The notes below the pieces were generated by a model. The model saw only the letters and a program-made list of their open reading frames with translations, had not been told where the DNA came from and ran no database searches. A DNA stretch of 64,000 bases from contig OZ024740.1 in assembly GCA_964016885.1 (NCBI GenBank), forward strand, positions 294,934,001 through 294,998,000, written 5' to 3'. Origin of the DNA: Eledone cirrhosa. Lineage: Eukaryota. A program made the translations under genes and the position numbers. Shown one piece after another: positions 36,601-51,600 of this stretch. Numbering within the stretch: the first letter of the stretch is position 1; every line of letters starts with the position of its first letter.

Positions 36601-39600
36601 CATCTCCACCTCTGTCACTTCTCTCACTCTGTCACATCTCCACCTCTGTCACATCTCCATCTCTGTCACATCTCTCACTCTGTCACTTCCCTCACTCTGT
36701 CACATCGCCACCTCTGTCACTTCTCTCACTCTGTCACATCTCCACCTCTATCACATCGCCACCTTTGTCACTTCTCTAACTCTGTCACATCTCCATCTCT
36801 GTCACTTCTCTCACTCTGTCACATCACCACTTCTGTCACTTCTCTCACTCTGTCACATCTCCACCTCTGTCACTTCTCTCACTCTGTCACATATCCACCT
36901 CTGTCACTTCTCTCACTCTGTCACAGCTCCACCTCTGTCACTTCTCTCACTCTGTCACATCTCCATCTATGTCACTTCTCTCACTCTGTCACATCTCCAC
37001 CTCTGTCACTTCTCTCACTCTGTCACATCTCCACCTCTGTCACTTCTCTTACTCTGTCACATCTCCACCTCTGTCACATCTCCACCTCTGTCACTTCTCT
37101 CACTCTGTCACATCTCCATCTCTGTCACTTCTCTCACTCTGTCACATCTCCATCTCTGTCACTTCTCTCACTCTGTCATATCTCCACCTCTGTCACTTCT
37201 CTCACTCTGTCACATCTCTCACTCTGTCACATCTCTCACTCTGTCACATCTCCACCTCTGTCACATCTCCACCTCTGTCACTTCTCTCACTCTGTCACAT
37301 CTCCACCTCTGTCACATCTCCATCTCTGCCACTTCTCTCACTCTGTCACATCTCCACCTCTGTCACTTTTCTCACTCTGTCACATCTCCATCTTTGTCAC
37401 TTCTCTCATTCTGTCACATCTCCACCTCTGTCACATCTCCACCTCTGTCACTTCTCTCACTCTGTCACATCTCCACCTCTGTCACATCTCCATCTCTGTC
37501 ACATCTCTCACTCTGTCACTTCCCTCACTCTGTCACATCGCCACCTCTGTCACTTCTCTCACTCTGTCACATCTCCACCTCTATCACATCGCCACCTCTG
37601 TCACTTCTCTAACTCTGTCACATCTCCATCTCTCTCACTTCTCCCACTCTGTCACATCTCCACTTCTGTCACTTCTCTCACTCTGTCACATCTCCACCTC
37701 TGTCACTTCTCTCACTCTGTCACATATCCACCTCTGTCACTTCTCTCACTCTGTCACAGCTCCACCTCTGTCACTTCTCTCACTCTGTCACATCTCCATC
37801 TTTGTCACTTCTCTCACTCTGTCACATCTCCACCCCTGTCACATCTCCACCTCTGTCACTTCTCTCACTCTGTCACATCTCCACCTCTGTCACTTCTCTT
37901 ACTCTGTCACATCTCCACCTCTGTCACATCTCTACCTCTGTCACGTCTCTCACTCTGTCACATCTCCACCTCTGTCACATCTCCATCTCTGTCACATTTC
38001 TCACTCTGTCACTTCCCTCCCTCTGTCACATCGCCACCTCTGTCACTTCTCTCACTCTGTCACATCTCCACCTCTATCACATCGCCACATGTGTCACTTC
38101 TCTAACTCTGTCACATCTCCATCTCTGTCACTTCTCTCACTCTGTCACATCTCCACCTCTGTCACTTCTCTCACTCTGTCACATATCCACCTCTGTCACT
38201 TCTCTCACTCTGTCACAGCTCCACCTCTGTCACTTCTCTCACTCTGTCACATCTCCATCTTTGTCACTTCTCTCACTCTGTCACATTTCACCTCTGTCAC
38301 TTCTCTCACTCTGTCACATCTCCACCTCTGTCACTTCTCTTACTCTGTCACATCTCCACCTCTGTCACATCTCCACCTCTGTCACTTCTCTCACTCTGTC
38401 ACATCTCCAGCTCTGCCACTTCTCTCACTCTGTCACATCTCCATCTTTGTCACTTCTCTCACTCTGTCACATCTCCACCTCTGTCACTTCTCTCACTCTG
38501 TCATATCTCCACCTCTGTCACTTCTCTCACTCTGTCACATCTCCATCTCTGTCACTTCTCTCACTTTGTCATATCTCCATCTCTGTCACTTCTCTCACTC
38601 TGTCACATTTCTCACTCTGTCACATCTCCACCTCTGTCACATCTCCACCTCTGTCACTTCTCTAAATCTGTCACATCTCCACCTCTGTCACATCTCCATC
38701 TCTGCCACTTCTCTCACTCTGTCACATCTCCACCTCTGTTACTTTTCTCATTCTGTCACATCTCCATCTTTGTCACTTCTGTCATTCTGTCACATCTCCA
38801 CCTCTGTCACATCTCCATCTCTGTCACTTCTCTCACTCTGTCACATCTCCACCTCTGTCACATCTCCATCTCTGTCACCTCTCTCACTCTGTCACATCTC
38901 CACCTCTGTCACTTCTCTCACTCTGTCACATCTCCACCTCTGTCACATCTCCATCTCTGTCACTTCTCTCACTCTGTCACATCTCCAGCTCTGCCACTTC
39001 TCTCACTCTGTCACATCTCCATCTTTGTCACTTCTCTCACTCTGTCACATCTCCACCTCTGTCACTTCTCTCACTCTGTCATATCTCCCCCTCTGCCACT
39101 TCTCTCACTCTGTCACATCTCCATCTCTGTCACTTCACTCACTCTGTCACATCTCCATCTCTGCCACTTCTCTCACTCTGTCACATCTCCATCTTTGTCA
39201 CTTCTCTCACTCTGTCACATCTCCACCTCTGTCACTTCTCTCACTCTGTCATATCTCCCCCTCTGCCACTTCTCTCACTCTGTCACATCTCCACCTCTGT
39301 CACTTCTCTCACTCTGTCATATCTCCATCTCTGTCACTTCTCTCACTCTGTCATATCTCCACCTCTGCCACTTCTCTCACTCTGTCATATCTCCACCTCT
39401 GCCACTTCTCTCACTCTGTCACATCTCCATCTCTGCCACTTCTCTCACGCTGTTACATCTCCATCTCTGTCACTTCACTCACTCTGTCACATCTCCACCT
39501 CTGTCACATCTCCATCTCTGTCACTTCTCCATCTCTGCCACTTCTCTCACTCTGTCAGATCTCCACCTCTGTCACATCTCTCACTCTGTCACATCTCCAC

Positions 39601-42600
39601 CTCTGTCAATTCTCTCACTCTGTCACATCTCCACCTCTGTCACATCTCTCACTCTGTCACATCTCCACCCCTATCACATCACTCTACTCTGTCACATCTC
39701 CACCTCTGTCACATCTCCATTTCTGTCACATCTCCACCTCTGTCACTCCTCTCACTCTGTCATATCTCCATCTCTGTCACTTCTCTCACTCTGTCACATC
39801 TCTCACTCTGTCACATCTCAACCTCTGTCACTTCTCTCACTCTGTCACATCACCTCTGTCACATCTCTTACTCTGTCACATCTCCACCTCTGTCACTTCT
39901 CTCACTCTGTCACATCTCCACCTCTGTCACATCTCCATCTCTGTCACTTCTCTCACTCTGTCACATCTCCACCTCTGTCACTTCTCTCACTCTGTCACAT
40001 CTCCACCTCTGTCACATCTCCACCTCTGTCACTTCTCTCACTCTGTCACATCTCCACCTCTGTCACTTCTCTAACTCTGTCACATCTCCATCTCTGTCAC
40101 TTCTCTCACTCTGTCACATCTCCACTTCTGTCACTTCTCTCACTCTGTCACATCTCCAGCTCTGCCACTTCTCACACTCTGTCACATCTCCACCTCTGTC
40201 ACTTCTCTCACTCTGTCACATCTCCATCTCTGTCACTTCTCTCACTTTGTCATATCTCCATCTCTGTCACTTCTCTCACTCTGTCACATCTCTCACTCTG
40301 TCACATCTCCACCTCTGTCACATCTCCACCTCTGTCACTTCTCTCACTCTGTCACATCTCCACCTCTGTCACATCTCCATCTCTGCCACTTCTCTCACTC
40401 TGTCACATCTCCACCTCTGTCACTTTTCTCATTCTGTCACATCTCCATCTTTGTCACTTCTCTCATTCTGTCACATCTCCACCTCTGTCACATCTCCACC
40501 TCTGTCACTTCTCTCACTCTGTCACATCTCCACCTCTGTCACATATCCACTTCTGTCACTTCTCTCACTCTGTCACATCTCCATCTCTGTCACTTCTCTC
40601 ACTCTGTCACATCTCCAGCTCTGCCACTTCTCTCACTCTGTCACATCTCCATCTTTGTCACTTCTCTCACTCTGTCACATCTCCATCTTTGTCACTTCTC
40701 TCACTCTGTCACATCTCCACCTCTGTCACATCTCCACCTCTGTCACTTCTCTCACTCTGTCACATCTCCACCCCTGTCACTTCTCTCACTCTGTCACATC
40801 TCCACCTCTGTCACATCTCCACCTCTGTCACTTCTCTCACTCTGTCACATCTCCATCTCTGTCACTTCTCTCACTCTGTCACATCTCCAGCTCTGCCACT
40901 TCTCTCACTCTGTCACATCTCCATTTTGTCACTTCTCTCACTCTGTCACATCTCCACCTCTGTCACTTCTCTCACTCTGTCATATCTCCACCTCTGTCAC
41001 TTCTCTCACTCTGTCACATCTCCATCTCTGTCACTTCTCTCACTCTGTGACATCTCCAGCTCTGCCACTTGTTTCACTCTGTCACATATCCACCTCTGTT
41101 ACATCTTTCACTCTGTCATATATCCACCTCTGCCACTTCTCTCACTCTGTCACATCTCCACCTCTGTCACTTCTCTCACGCTGTCACATCTCCATCTCTG
41201 TCACTTCTCTCACTCTGTCATATCTCCACCTCTGTCACTTCTCTCACTCTGTCACATCTCTCACTCTGTCACATCTCCACCTCTGTCACATCTCCACCTC
41301 TGTCACTTCTCTCACTCTGTCACATCTCCACCTCTGTCACATCTCCATCTCTGCCACTTCTCTCACTCTGTCACATCTCCACCTCTGTCACCTTTCTCAC
41401 TCTGTCACATCTCCATCTTTGTCACTTCTCTCATTCTGTCACATCTCCACCTCTGTCACATCTCCACCTCTGTCACTTCTCTCACTCTGTCACATCTCCA
41501 CCTCTGTCACATCTCCATCTCTGTCACATCTCTCACTCTGTCACTTCCCTCACTCTGTCACATCGCCACATCTGTCACTTCTCTCACTCTGTCACATCTC
41601 CACCTCTATCACATCGCCACCTCTGTCACTTCTCTAACTCTGTCACATCTCCACTTCTGTCACTTCTCTCACTCTGTCACATCTACACCTCTGTCACTCC
41701 TCTCACTCTGTCACATATCCACCTCTGTCACTTATCTCACTCTGTCACAGCTCCACCTCTGTCACTTCTCTCACTCTGTCACATCTCCATCTTTGTCACT
41801 TCTCTCACTCTGTCACATCTCCACCTCTGTCACATATCCACCTCTGTCACTTCTCTCACTCTGTTACATCTCCACCTCTGTCACTTCTCTTACTCTGTCA
41901 CATCTCCACCTCTGTCACTTCTCTCACTCTGTCACATCTCCACCTCTGTCACATCTCCATCTCTGTCACATCTCTCACTCTGTCACTTCCCTCACTCTGT
42001 CACATCGCCACCTCTGTCACTTCTCTCATTCTGTCACATCTCCACCTCTATCACATCGCCACCTCTGTCACTTCTCTAACTCTGTCACATCTCCATCTCT
42101 GTCACTTCTCTCACTCTGTCACATCACCACTTCTGTCACTTCTCTCACTCTGTCACATCTCCACCTCTGTCACTTCTCTCACTCTGTCATATATCCACCT
42201 CTGTCACTTCTCTCACTCTGTCACAGCTCCACCTCTGTCACTTCTCCCACTTTGTCACATCTCCATCTTTGTCACTTCTCTCACTCTGTCACATCTCCAC
42301 CTCTGTCACATCTCCACCTCTGTCACTTCTCTCACTCTGTCACATCTCCACCTCTGTCACTTCTCTTACTCTGTCACATCTCCACCTCTGTCACATCTCC
42401 ACCTCTGTCACTTCTCTCACTCTGTCACATCTCCACCTCTGTCACTTCTCTTACTCTGTCACATCTCCACCTCTGTCACATCTCCATCTCTGTCACTTCT
42501 CTCACTCTGTCACATCTCCAGCTCTGCCACTTCTCTCACTCTGTCACATCTCCATCTTTGTCACTTCTCTCACTCTGTCATATCTCCACCTCTGTCACTT

Positions 42601-45600
42601 CTCTCACTCTGTCACATCTCCATCTCTGTCACTTCTCTCACTCTGTCACATCTCCATCTCTGCCACTTCTCTCACTCTGTCACATATCCACCTCTGTTAC
42701 ATCTCTCACTCTGTCATATCTCCACCTCTGCCACTTCTCTCACTCTGTCACATCTCCACCTCTGTCACTTCTCTCACTCTGTCACATCTCCATCTCTGTC
42801 ACTTCTCTCACTTTGTCATATCTCCATCTCTGTCACTTCTCTCAATCTGTCACATCTCTCACTCTGTCACATCTCCACCTCTGTCACATCTCCACCTCTG
42901 TCACTTTTCTCATTCTGTCACATCTCCATCTTTGTCACTTCTCTCATTCAGTCACATCTCCACCTCTGTCACATCTCCACCTCTGTCACTTCTCTCACTC
43001 TGTCACATCTCCACCTCTGTCACATCTCCATCTCTGTCACGTCTCTCACTCTGTCACATCTCCACCTCTGTCACTTCTCTCACTCTGTCACATCTCCACC
43101 TCTGTCACTTCTCTCACTCTGTCACATCTCCACCTCTGTCACATATCCACCTCTGTTACATCTCTCACTCTGTCATATCTCCACCTCTGCCACTTCTCTC
43201 ACTCTGTCACATCTCCACCTCTGTCACTTCTCTCACTCTGTCACATCTCCATCTCTGTCACTTCTCTCACTTTGTCATATCTCCATCTCTGTCACTTCTC
43301 TCACTCTGTCACATCTCTCACTCTGTCACATCTCCACCTCTGTCACATCTCCACCTCTGTCACTTCTCTCACTCTGTCACATCTCCACCTCTGTCACATC
43401 TCCATCTCTGCCACTTCTCTCACTCTGTCACATCTCCACCTCTGTTACTTTTCTCATTCTGTCACATCTCCATCTTTGTCACTTCTCTCATTCTGTCACA
43501 TCTCCACCTCTGTCACATCTCCACCTCTGTCACTTCTTTCACTCTGTCACATCTCCACCCCTGTCACATCTCCATCTCTGTCACGTCTCTCACTCTGTCA
43601 CATCTCCACCTCTGTCACTTCTCTCACTCTGTCACATCTACACCTCTGTCACTTCTCTCACTCTGTCACATCTCCACCTCTGTCACATCTCCATCTCTGT
43701 CACTTCTCTCACTCTGTCACATCTCCAGCTCTGCCACTTCTCTCACTCTGTCACATCTCCATCTTTGTCACTTCTCTCACCCTGTCACATCTCCACCTCT
43801 GTCACTTCTCTCACTCTGTCACATCTCCATCTCTGTCACTTCTCTCACTTTGTCATATCTCCATCTCTGTCACTTCTCTCACTCTGTCACATCTCTCACT
43901 CTGTCACATCTCCACCTCTGTCACATCTCCACCTCTGTCACTTCTCTCACTCTGTCACATCTCCACCTCTGTCACATCTCCATCTCTGCCACTTCTCTCA
44001 CTCTGTCACATCTCCACCTCTGTCACTTTTCTCATTCTGTCACATCTCCATCTTTGTCACTTCTCTCATTCTGTCACATCTCCACCTCTGTCACATCTCC
44101 ACCTCTGTCACTTCTCTCACTCTGTCACATCTCCACCTCTGTCACATATCCACTTCTGTCACTTCTCTCACTCTGTCACATCTCCATCTCTGTCACTTAT
44201 CTCACTCTGTCACATCTCCAGCTCTGCCACTTCTCTCACCCCGTTACATCTCCATCTTTGTCACTTCTCTCACTCTGTCACATCTCCATCTTTGTCACTT
44301 CTCTCACTCTGTCACATCTCCACCTCTGTCACATCTCCACCTCTGTCACTTCTCTCACTCTGTCACATCTCCACCTCTGTCACTTCTCTTACTCTGTCAC
44401 ATCTCCACCTCTGTCACATCTCCACCTCTGTCACTTCTCTCACTCTGTCACATCTCCACCTCTGTCACATCTCCATCTCTGCCACTTCTCTCACTCTGTC
44501 ACATCTCCACCTCTGTCACCTTTCTCACTCTGTCACATCTCCATCTTTGTCACTTCTCTCATTCTGTCACATCTCCACCTCTGTCACATCTCCACCTCTG
44601 TCACTTCTCTCACTCTGTCACATCTCCACCTCTGTCACATCTCCATCTCTGTCACATCTCTCACTCTGTCACTTCCCTCACTCTGTCACATCGCCACATC
44701 TGTCACTTCTCTCACTCTGTCACATCTCCACCTCTATCACATCGCCACCTCTGTCACTTCTCTAACTCTGTCACATCTCCACTTCTGTCACTTCTCTCAC
44801 TCTGTCACATCTACACCTCTGTCACTCCTCTCACTCTGTCACATATCCACCTCTGTCACTTATCTCACTCTGTCACAGCTCCACCTCTGTCACTTCTCTC
44901 ACTCTGTCACATCTCCATCTTTGTCACTTCTCTCACTCTGTCACATCTCCACCTCTGTCACATATCCACCTCTGTCACTTCTCTCACTCTGTTACATCTC
45001 CACCTCTGTCACTTCTCTTACTCTGTCACATCTCCACCTCTGTCACTTCTCTCACTCTGTCACATCTCCACCTCTGTCACATCTCCATCTCTGTCACATC
45101 TCTCACTCTGTCACTTCCCTCACTCTGTCACATCGCCACCTCTGTCACTTCTCTCATTCTGTCACATCTCCACCTCTATCACATCGCCACCTCTGTCACT
45201 TCTCTAACTCTGTCACATCTCCATCTCTGTCACTTCTCTCACTCTGTCACATCACCACTTCTGTCACTTCTCTCACTCTGTCACATCTCCACCTCTGTCA
45301 CTTCTCTCACTCTGTCATATATCCACCTCTGTCACTTCTCTCACTCTGTCACAGCTCCACCTCTGTCACTTCTCCCACTTTGTCACATCTCCATCTTTGT
45401 CACTTCTCTCACTCTGTCACATCTCCACCTCTGTCACATCTCCACCTCTGTCACTTCTCTCACTCTGTCACATCTCCACCTCTGTCACTTCTCTTACTCT
45501 GTCACATCTCCACCTCTGTCACATCTCCACCTCTGTCACTTCTCTCACTCTGTCACATCTCCACCTCTGTCACTTCTCTTACTCTGTCACATCTCCACCT

Positions 45601-48600
45601 CTGTCACATCTCCATCTCTGTCACTTCTCTCACTCTGTCACATCTCCAGCTCTGCCACTTCTCTCACTCTGTCACATCTCCATCTTTGTCACTTCTCTCA
45701 CTCTGTCATATCTCCACCTCTGTCACTTCTCTCACTCTGTCACATCTCCATCTCTGTCACTTCTCTCACTCTGTCACATCTCCATCTCTGCCACTTCTCT
45801 CACTCTGTCACATATCCACCTCTGTTACATCTCTCACTCTGTCATATCTCCACCTCTGCCACTTCTCTCACTCTGTCACATCTCCACCTCTGTCACTTCT
45901 CTCACTCTGTCACATCTCCATCTCTGTCACTTCTCTCACTTTGTCATATCTCCATCTCTGTCACTTCTCTCAATCTGTCACATCTCTCACTCTGTCACAT
46001 CTCCACCTCTGTCACATCTCCACCTCTGTCACTTTTCTCATTCTGTCACATCTCCATCTTTGTCACTTCTCTCATTCAGTCACATCTCCACCTCTGTCAC
46101 ATCTCCACCTCTGTCACTTCTCTCACTCTGTCACATCTCCACCTCTGTCACATCTCCATCTCTGTCACGTCTCTCACTCTGTCACATCTCCACCTCTGTC
46201 ACTTCTCTCACTCTGTCACATCTCCACGTCTGTCACATATCCACCTCTGTTACATCTCTCACTCTGTCATATCTCCACCTCTGCCACTTCTCTCACTCTG
46301 TCACATCTCCACCTCTGTCACTTCTCTCACTCTGTCACATCTCCATCTCTGTCACTTCTCTCACTTTGTCATATCTCCATCTCTGTCACTTCTCTCACTC
46401 TGTCACATCTCTCACTCTGTCACATCTCCACCTCTGTCACATCTCCACCTCTGTCACTTCTCTCACTCTGTCACATCTCCACCTCTGTCACATCTCCATC
46501 TCTGCCACTTCTCTCACTCTGTCACATCTCCACCTCTGTTACTTTTCTCATTCTGTCACATCTCCATCTTTGTCACTTCTCTCATTCTGTCACATCTCCA
46601 CCTCTGTCACATCTCCACCTCTGTCACTTCTTTCACTCTGTCACATCTCCACCCCTGTCACATCTCCATCTCTGTCACGTCTCTCACTCTGTCACATCTC
46701 CACCTCTGTCACTTCTCTCACTCTGTCACATCTACACCTCTGTCACTTCTCTCACTCTGTCACATCTCCACCTCTGTCACATCTCCATCTCTGTCACTTC
46801 TCTCACTCTGTCACATCTCCAGCTCTGCCACTTCTCTCACTCTGTCACATCTCCATCTTTGTCACTTCTCTCACCCTGTCACATCTCCACCTCTGTCACT
46901 TCTCTCACTCTGTCACATCTCCATCTCTGTCACTTCTCTCACTTTGTCATATCTCCATCTCTGTCACTTCTCTCACTCTGTCACATCTCTCACTCTGTCA
47001 CATCTCCACCTCTGTCACATCTCCACCTCTGTCACTTCTCTCACTCTGTCACATCTCCACCTCTGTCACATCTCCATCTCTGCCACTTCTCTCACTCTGT
47101 CACATCTCCACCTCTGTCACTTTTCTCATTCTGTCACATCTCCATCTTTGTCACTTCTCTCATTCTGTCACATCTCCACCTCTGTCACATCTCCACCTCT
47201 GTCACTTCTCTCACTCTGTCACATCTCCACCTCTGTCACATATCCACTTCTGTCACTTCTCTCACTCTGTCACATCTCCATCTCTGTCACTTATCTCACT
47301 CTGTCACATCTCCAGCTCTGCCACTTCTCTCACCCCGTTACATCTCCATCTTTGTCACTTCTCTCACTCTGTCACATCTCCATCTTTGTCACTTCTCTCA
47401 CTCTGTCACATCTCCACCTCTGTCACATCTCCACCTCTGTCACTTCTCTCACTCTGTCACATCTCCACCTCTGTCACTTCTCTTACTCTGTCACATCTCC
47501 ACCTCTGTCACATCTCCACCTCTGTCACTTCTCTCACTCTGTCACATCTCCATCTCTGTCACTTCTCTCACTCTGTCACATCTCCACCTCTGTCACCTTT
47601 CTCATTCTGTCACATCTCCATCTTTGTCACTTCTCTCATTCAGTCACATCTCCACCTCTGTCACATCTCCACCTCTGTCACTTCTCTCACTCTGTCACAT
47701 CTCCACCTCTGTCACATCTCCATCTCTGTCACGTCTCTCACTCTGTCACATCTCCACCTCTGTCACTTCTCTCACTCTGTCACATTTCCACCTCTGTCAC
47801 TTCTCTCACTCTGTCACATCTCCACCTCTGTCACATATCCACCTCTGTTACATCTCTCACTCTGTCATATATTCACCTCTGCCACTTCTCTCACTCTGTC
47901 ACATCTCCACCTCTGTCACTTCTCTCACTCTGTCACATCTCCATCTCTGTCACTTCTCTCACTTTGTCATATCTCCATCTCTGTCACTTCTCTCACTCTG
48001 TCACATCTCTCACTCTGTCACATCTCCACCTCTGTCACATCTCTACCTCTGTCACTTCTCTCACTCTGTCACATCTCCACCTTTGTCACATCTCCATCTC
48101 TGCCACTTCTCTCACTCTGTCACATCTCCACCTCTGTTACTTTTCTCATTCTGTCACATCTCCATCTTTGTCACTTCTCTCATTCTGTCACATCTCCACC
48201 TCTGTCACATCTCCACCTCTGTCACTTCTTTCACTCTGTCACATCTCCACCCCTGTCACATCTCCATCTCTGTCACGTCTCTCACTCTGTCACATCTCCA
48301 CCTCTGTCACTTCTCTCACTCTGTCACATCTCCACCTCTGTCACTTCTCTCACTCTGTCACATCTCCACCTCTGTCACATCTCCATCTCTGTCACTTCTC
48401 TCACTCATTCACATCTCCAGCTCTGCCACTTCTCTAACTCTGTCACATCTCCATATTTGTCACTTCTCTCACTCTGTCACATCTCCACCTCTGTCACTTC
48501 TCTCACTCTGTCACATCTCCATCTCTGTCACTTCTCTCACTTTGTCATATCTCCATCTCTGTCACTTCTCTCACTCTGTCACATCTCTCACTCTGTCACA

Positions 48601-51600
48601 TCTCCACCTCTGTCACATCTCCACCTCTGTCACTTCTCTCACTCTGTCACATCTCCACCTCTGTCACATCTCCATCTCTGCCACTTCTCTCACTCTGTCA
48701 CATCTCCACCTCTGTCACTTTTCTCATTCTGTCACATCACCATCTTTGTCACTTCTCTCATTCTGTCACATCTCCACCTCTGTCACATCTCCACTTCTGT
48801 CACTTCTCTCACTCTGTCACATCTCCACCTCTGTCACATATCCACTTCTGTCACTTCTCTCACTCTGTCACTTCTCTCACTCTGTCACATCTCCAGCTCT
48901 GCCACTTCTCTCACCCTGTCACATCTCCATCTTTGTCACTTCTCTCACTCTGTCACATCTCCATCTTTGTCACTTCTCTCACTCTGTCACATCTCCACCT
49001 CTGTCACATCTCCACCTCTGTCACTTCTCTCACTCTGTCACATCTCCACCTCTGTCACTTCTCTTACTCTGTCACATCTCCACCTCTATCACATCTCCAC
49101 CTCTGTCACTTCTCTCACTCTGTCACATCTCCATCTCTGTCACTTCTCTCACTCTGTCACATCTCCAGCTCTGCCACTTCTCTCACTCTGTCACATCTCC
49201 ATCTTTGTCACTTCTCTCACTCTGTCACATCTCCACCTCTGTCACTTCTCTCACTCTGTCATATCTCCACCTCTGTCACTTCTCTCACTCTGTCTCATCT
49301 CCATCTCTGTCACTTCTCTCACTCTGTCACATCTCCAGCTCTGCCACTTGTCTCACTCTGTCACATATCCACCTCTGTTACATCTCTAACTCTGTCATAT
49401 ATCCACCTCTGCCACTTCTCTCACCCTGTCACATCTCCACCTCTGTCACTTCTCTCACTCTGTCACATATCCATCTCTGTCACTTCTCTCACTCTGTCAT
49501 ATCTCCACCTCTGTCACTTCTCTCACTCTGTCACATCTCTCACTCTGTCACATCTCCACCTCTGTCACATCTCCACCTCTGTCACTTCTCTCACTCTGTC
49601 ACATCTCCACCTCTGTCACATCTCCATCTCTGCCACTTCTCTCACTCTGTCACATCTCCACCTCTGTCACCTTTCTCACTCTGTCACATCTCCATCTTTG
49701 TCACTTCTCTCATTCTGTCACATCTCCACCTCTGTCACATCTCCACCTCTGTCACATCTCCATCTCTGTCACATCTCTCACTCTGTCACTTCCCTCACTC
49801 TGTCACATCGCCACATCTGTCACTTCTCTCACTCTGTCACATCTCCACCTCTATCACATCGCCACCTCTGTCACTTCTCTAACTCTGTCACATCACCACT
49901 TCTGTCACTTCTCTCACTCTGTCACATCTCCACCTCTGTCACTTCTCTCACTCTGTCACATATCCACCTCTGTCACTTCTCTCACTCTGTCACATCTCCA
50001 CCTCTGTCACATCTCCACCTCTGTCACTTCCCTCACTCTGTCACATCTCCACCTCTGTCACATCTACATCTCTGTCACATCTCTCACACTGTCACTTCCC
50101 TCACTCTGTCACATCGCCACCTCTGTCACTTCTCTCACTCTGTCACATCTTCACCTCTATCACATCGCCACCTCTGTCACTTCTCTAACTCTGTCACATC
50201 TCCATCTCTGTCAATTCTCTCACTCTGTCACATCACCACTTCTGTCACTTCTCTCACTCTGTCACATCTCCACCTCTGTCACTTCTCTAACTCCGTCACA
50301 TATCCACCTCTGTCACTTCTCTCACTCTGTCACAGCTCCACCTCTGTCACTTCTCTCACTCTGTCACATCTCCATCTTTGTCACTTCTCTCACTCTGTCA
50401 CATCTCCACCCCTGTCACATCTCCACCTCTGTCACTTCTCTCACTCTGTCACATCTCCACCTCTGTCACTTCTCTTACTCTGTCACATCTCCACCTCTGT
50501 CACATCTCCACCTCTGTCACTTCTCTCACTCTGTCACATCTCCATCTCTGTCACTTCTCTCACTCTGTCACATATCCACCTCTGTCACTTCTCTCACTCT
50601 GTCACAGCTCCACCTCTGTCACTTCTCTCACTCTGTCACATCTCCATCTTTGTCACTTCTCTCACTCTGTCACATCTCCACCCCTGTCACATCTCCACCT
50701 CTGTCACTTCTCTCACTCTGTCACATCTCCACCTCTGTCACTTCTCTTACTCTGTCACATCTCCACCTCTGTCACATCTCCACCTCCGCTCCTCTCTCAC
50801 TCTGTCACATCTCCATCTCTGTCACTTCTCTCACTCTGTCACATCTCCAGCTCTGCCACTTCTCTCACTCTGTCACATATCCACCTCTGTTACATCTCTC
50901 ACTCTGTCATATCTCCACCTCTGCCACTTCTCTCACTCTGTCACATCTCCACCTCTGTCACTTCTCTCACTCTGTCACATCTCCATCTCTGTCACTTCTC
51001 TCACTTTGTCATATCTCCATCTCTGTCACTTCTCTCAATCTGTCACATCTCTCACTCTGTCACATCTCCACCTCTGTCACATCTCCACCTCTGTCACTTT
51101 TCTCATTCTGTCACATCTCCATCTTTGTCACTTCTCTCATTCAGTCACATCTCCACCTCTGTCACATCTCCACCTCTGTCACTTCTCTCACTCTGTCACA
51201 TCTCCACCTCTGTCACATCTCCATCTCTGTCACGTCTCTCACTCTGTCACATCTCCACCTCTGTCACTTCTCTCACTCTGTCACATCTACACCTCTGTCA
51301 CTTCTCTCACTCTGTCACATCTCCACCTCTGTCACATATCCACCTTTGTTACATCTCTCACTCTGTCATATCTCCACCTCTGCCACTTCTCTCACTCTAT
51401 TACATCTCCACCTCTGTCACTTCTCTCACTCTGTCACATCTCCATCTCTGTGACTTCTCTCACTTTGTCATATCTCCATCTCTGTCACTTCTCTCACTCT
51501 GTCACTTCTCTCACTCTGTCACATCTCCACCTCTGTCACATCTCCATCTCTGCCACTTCTCTCACTCTGTCACATCTCCACCTCTGTTACTTTTCTCATT

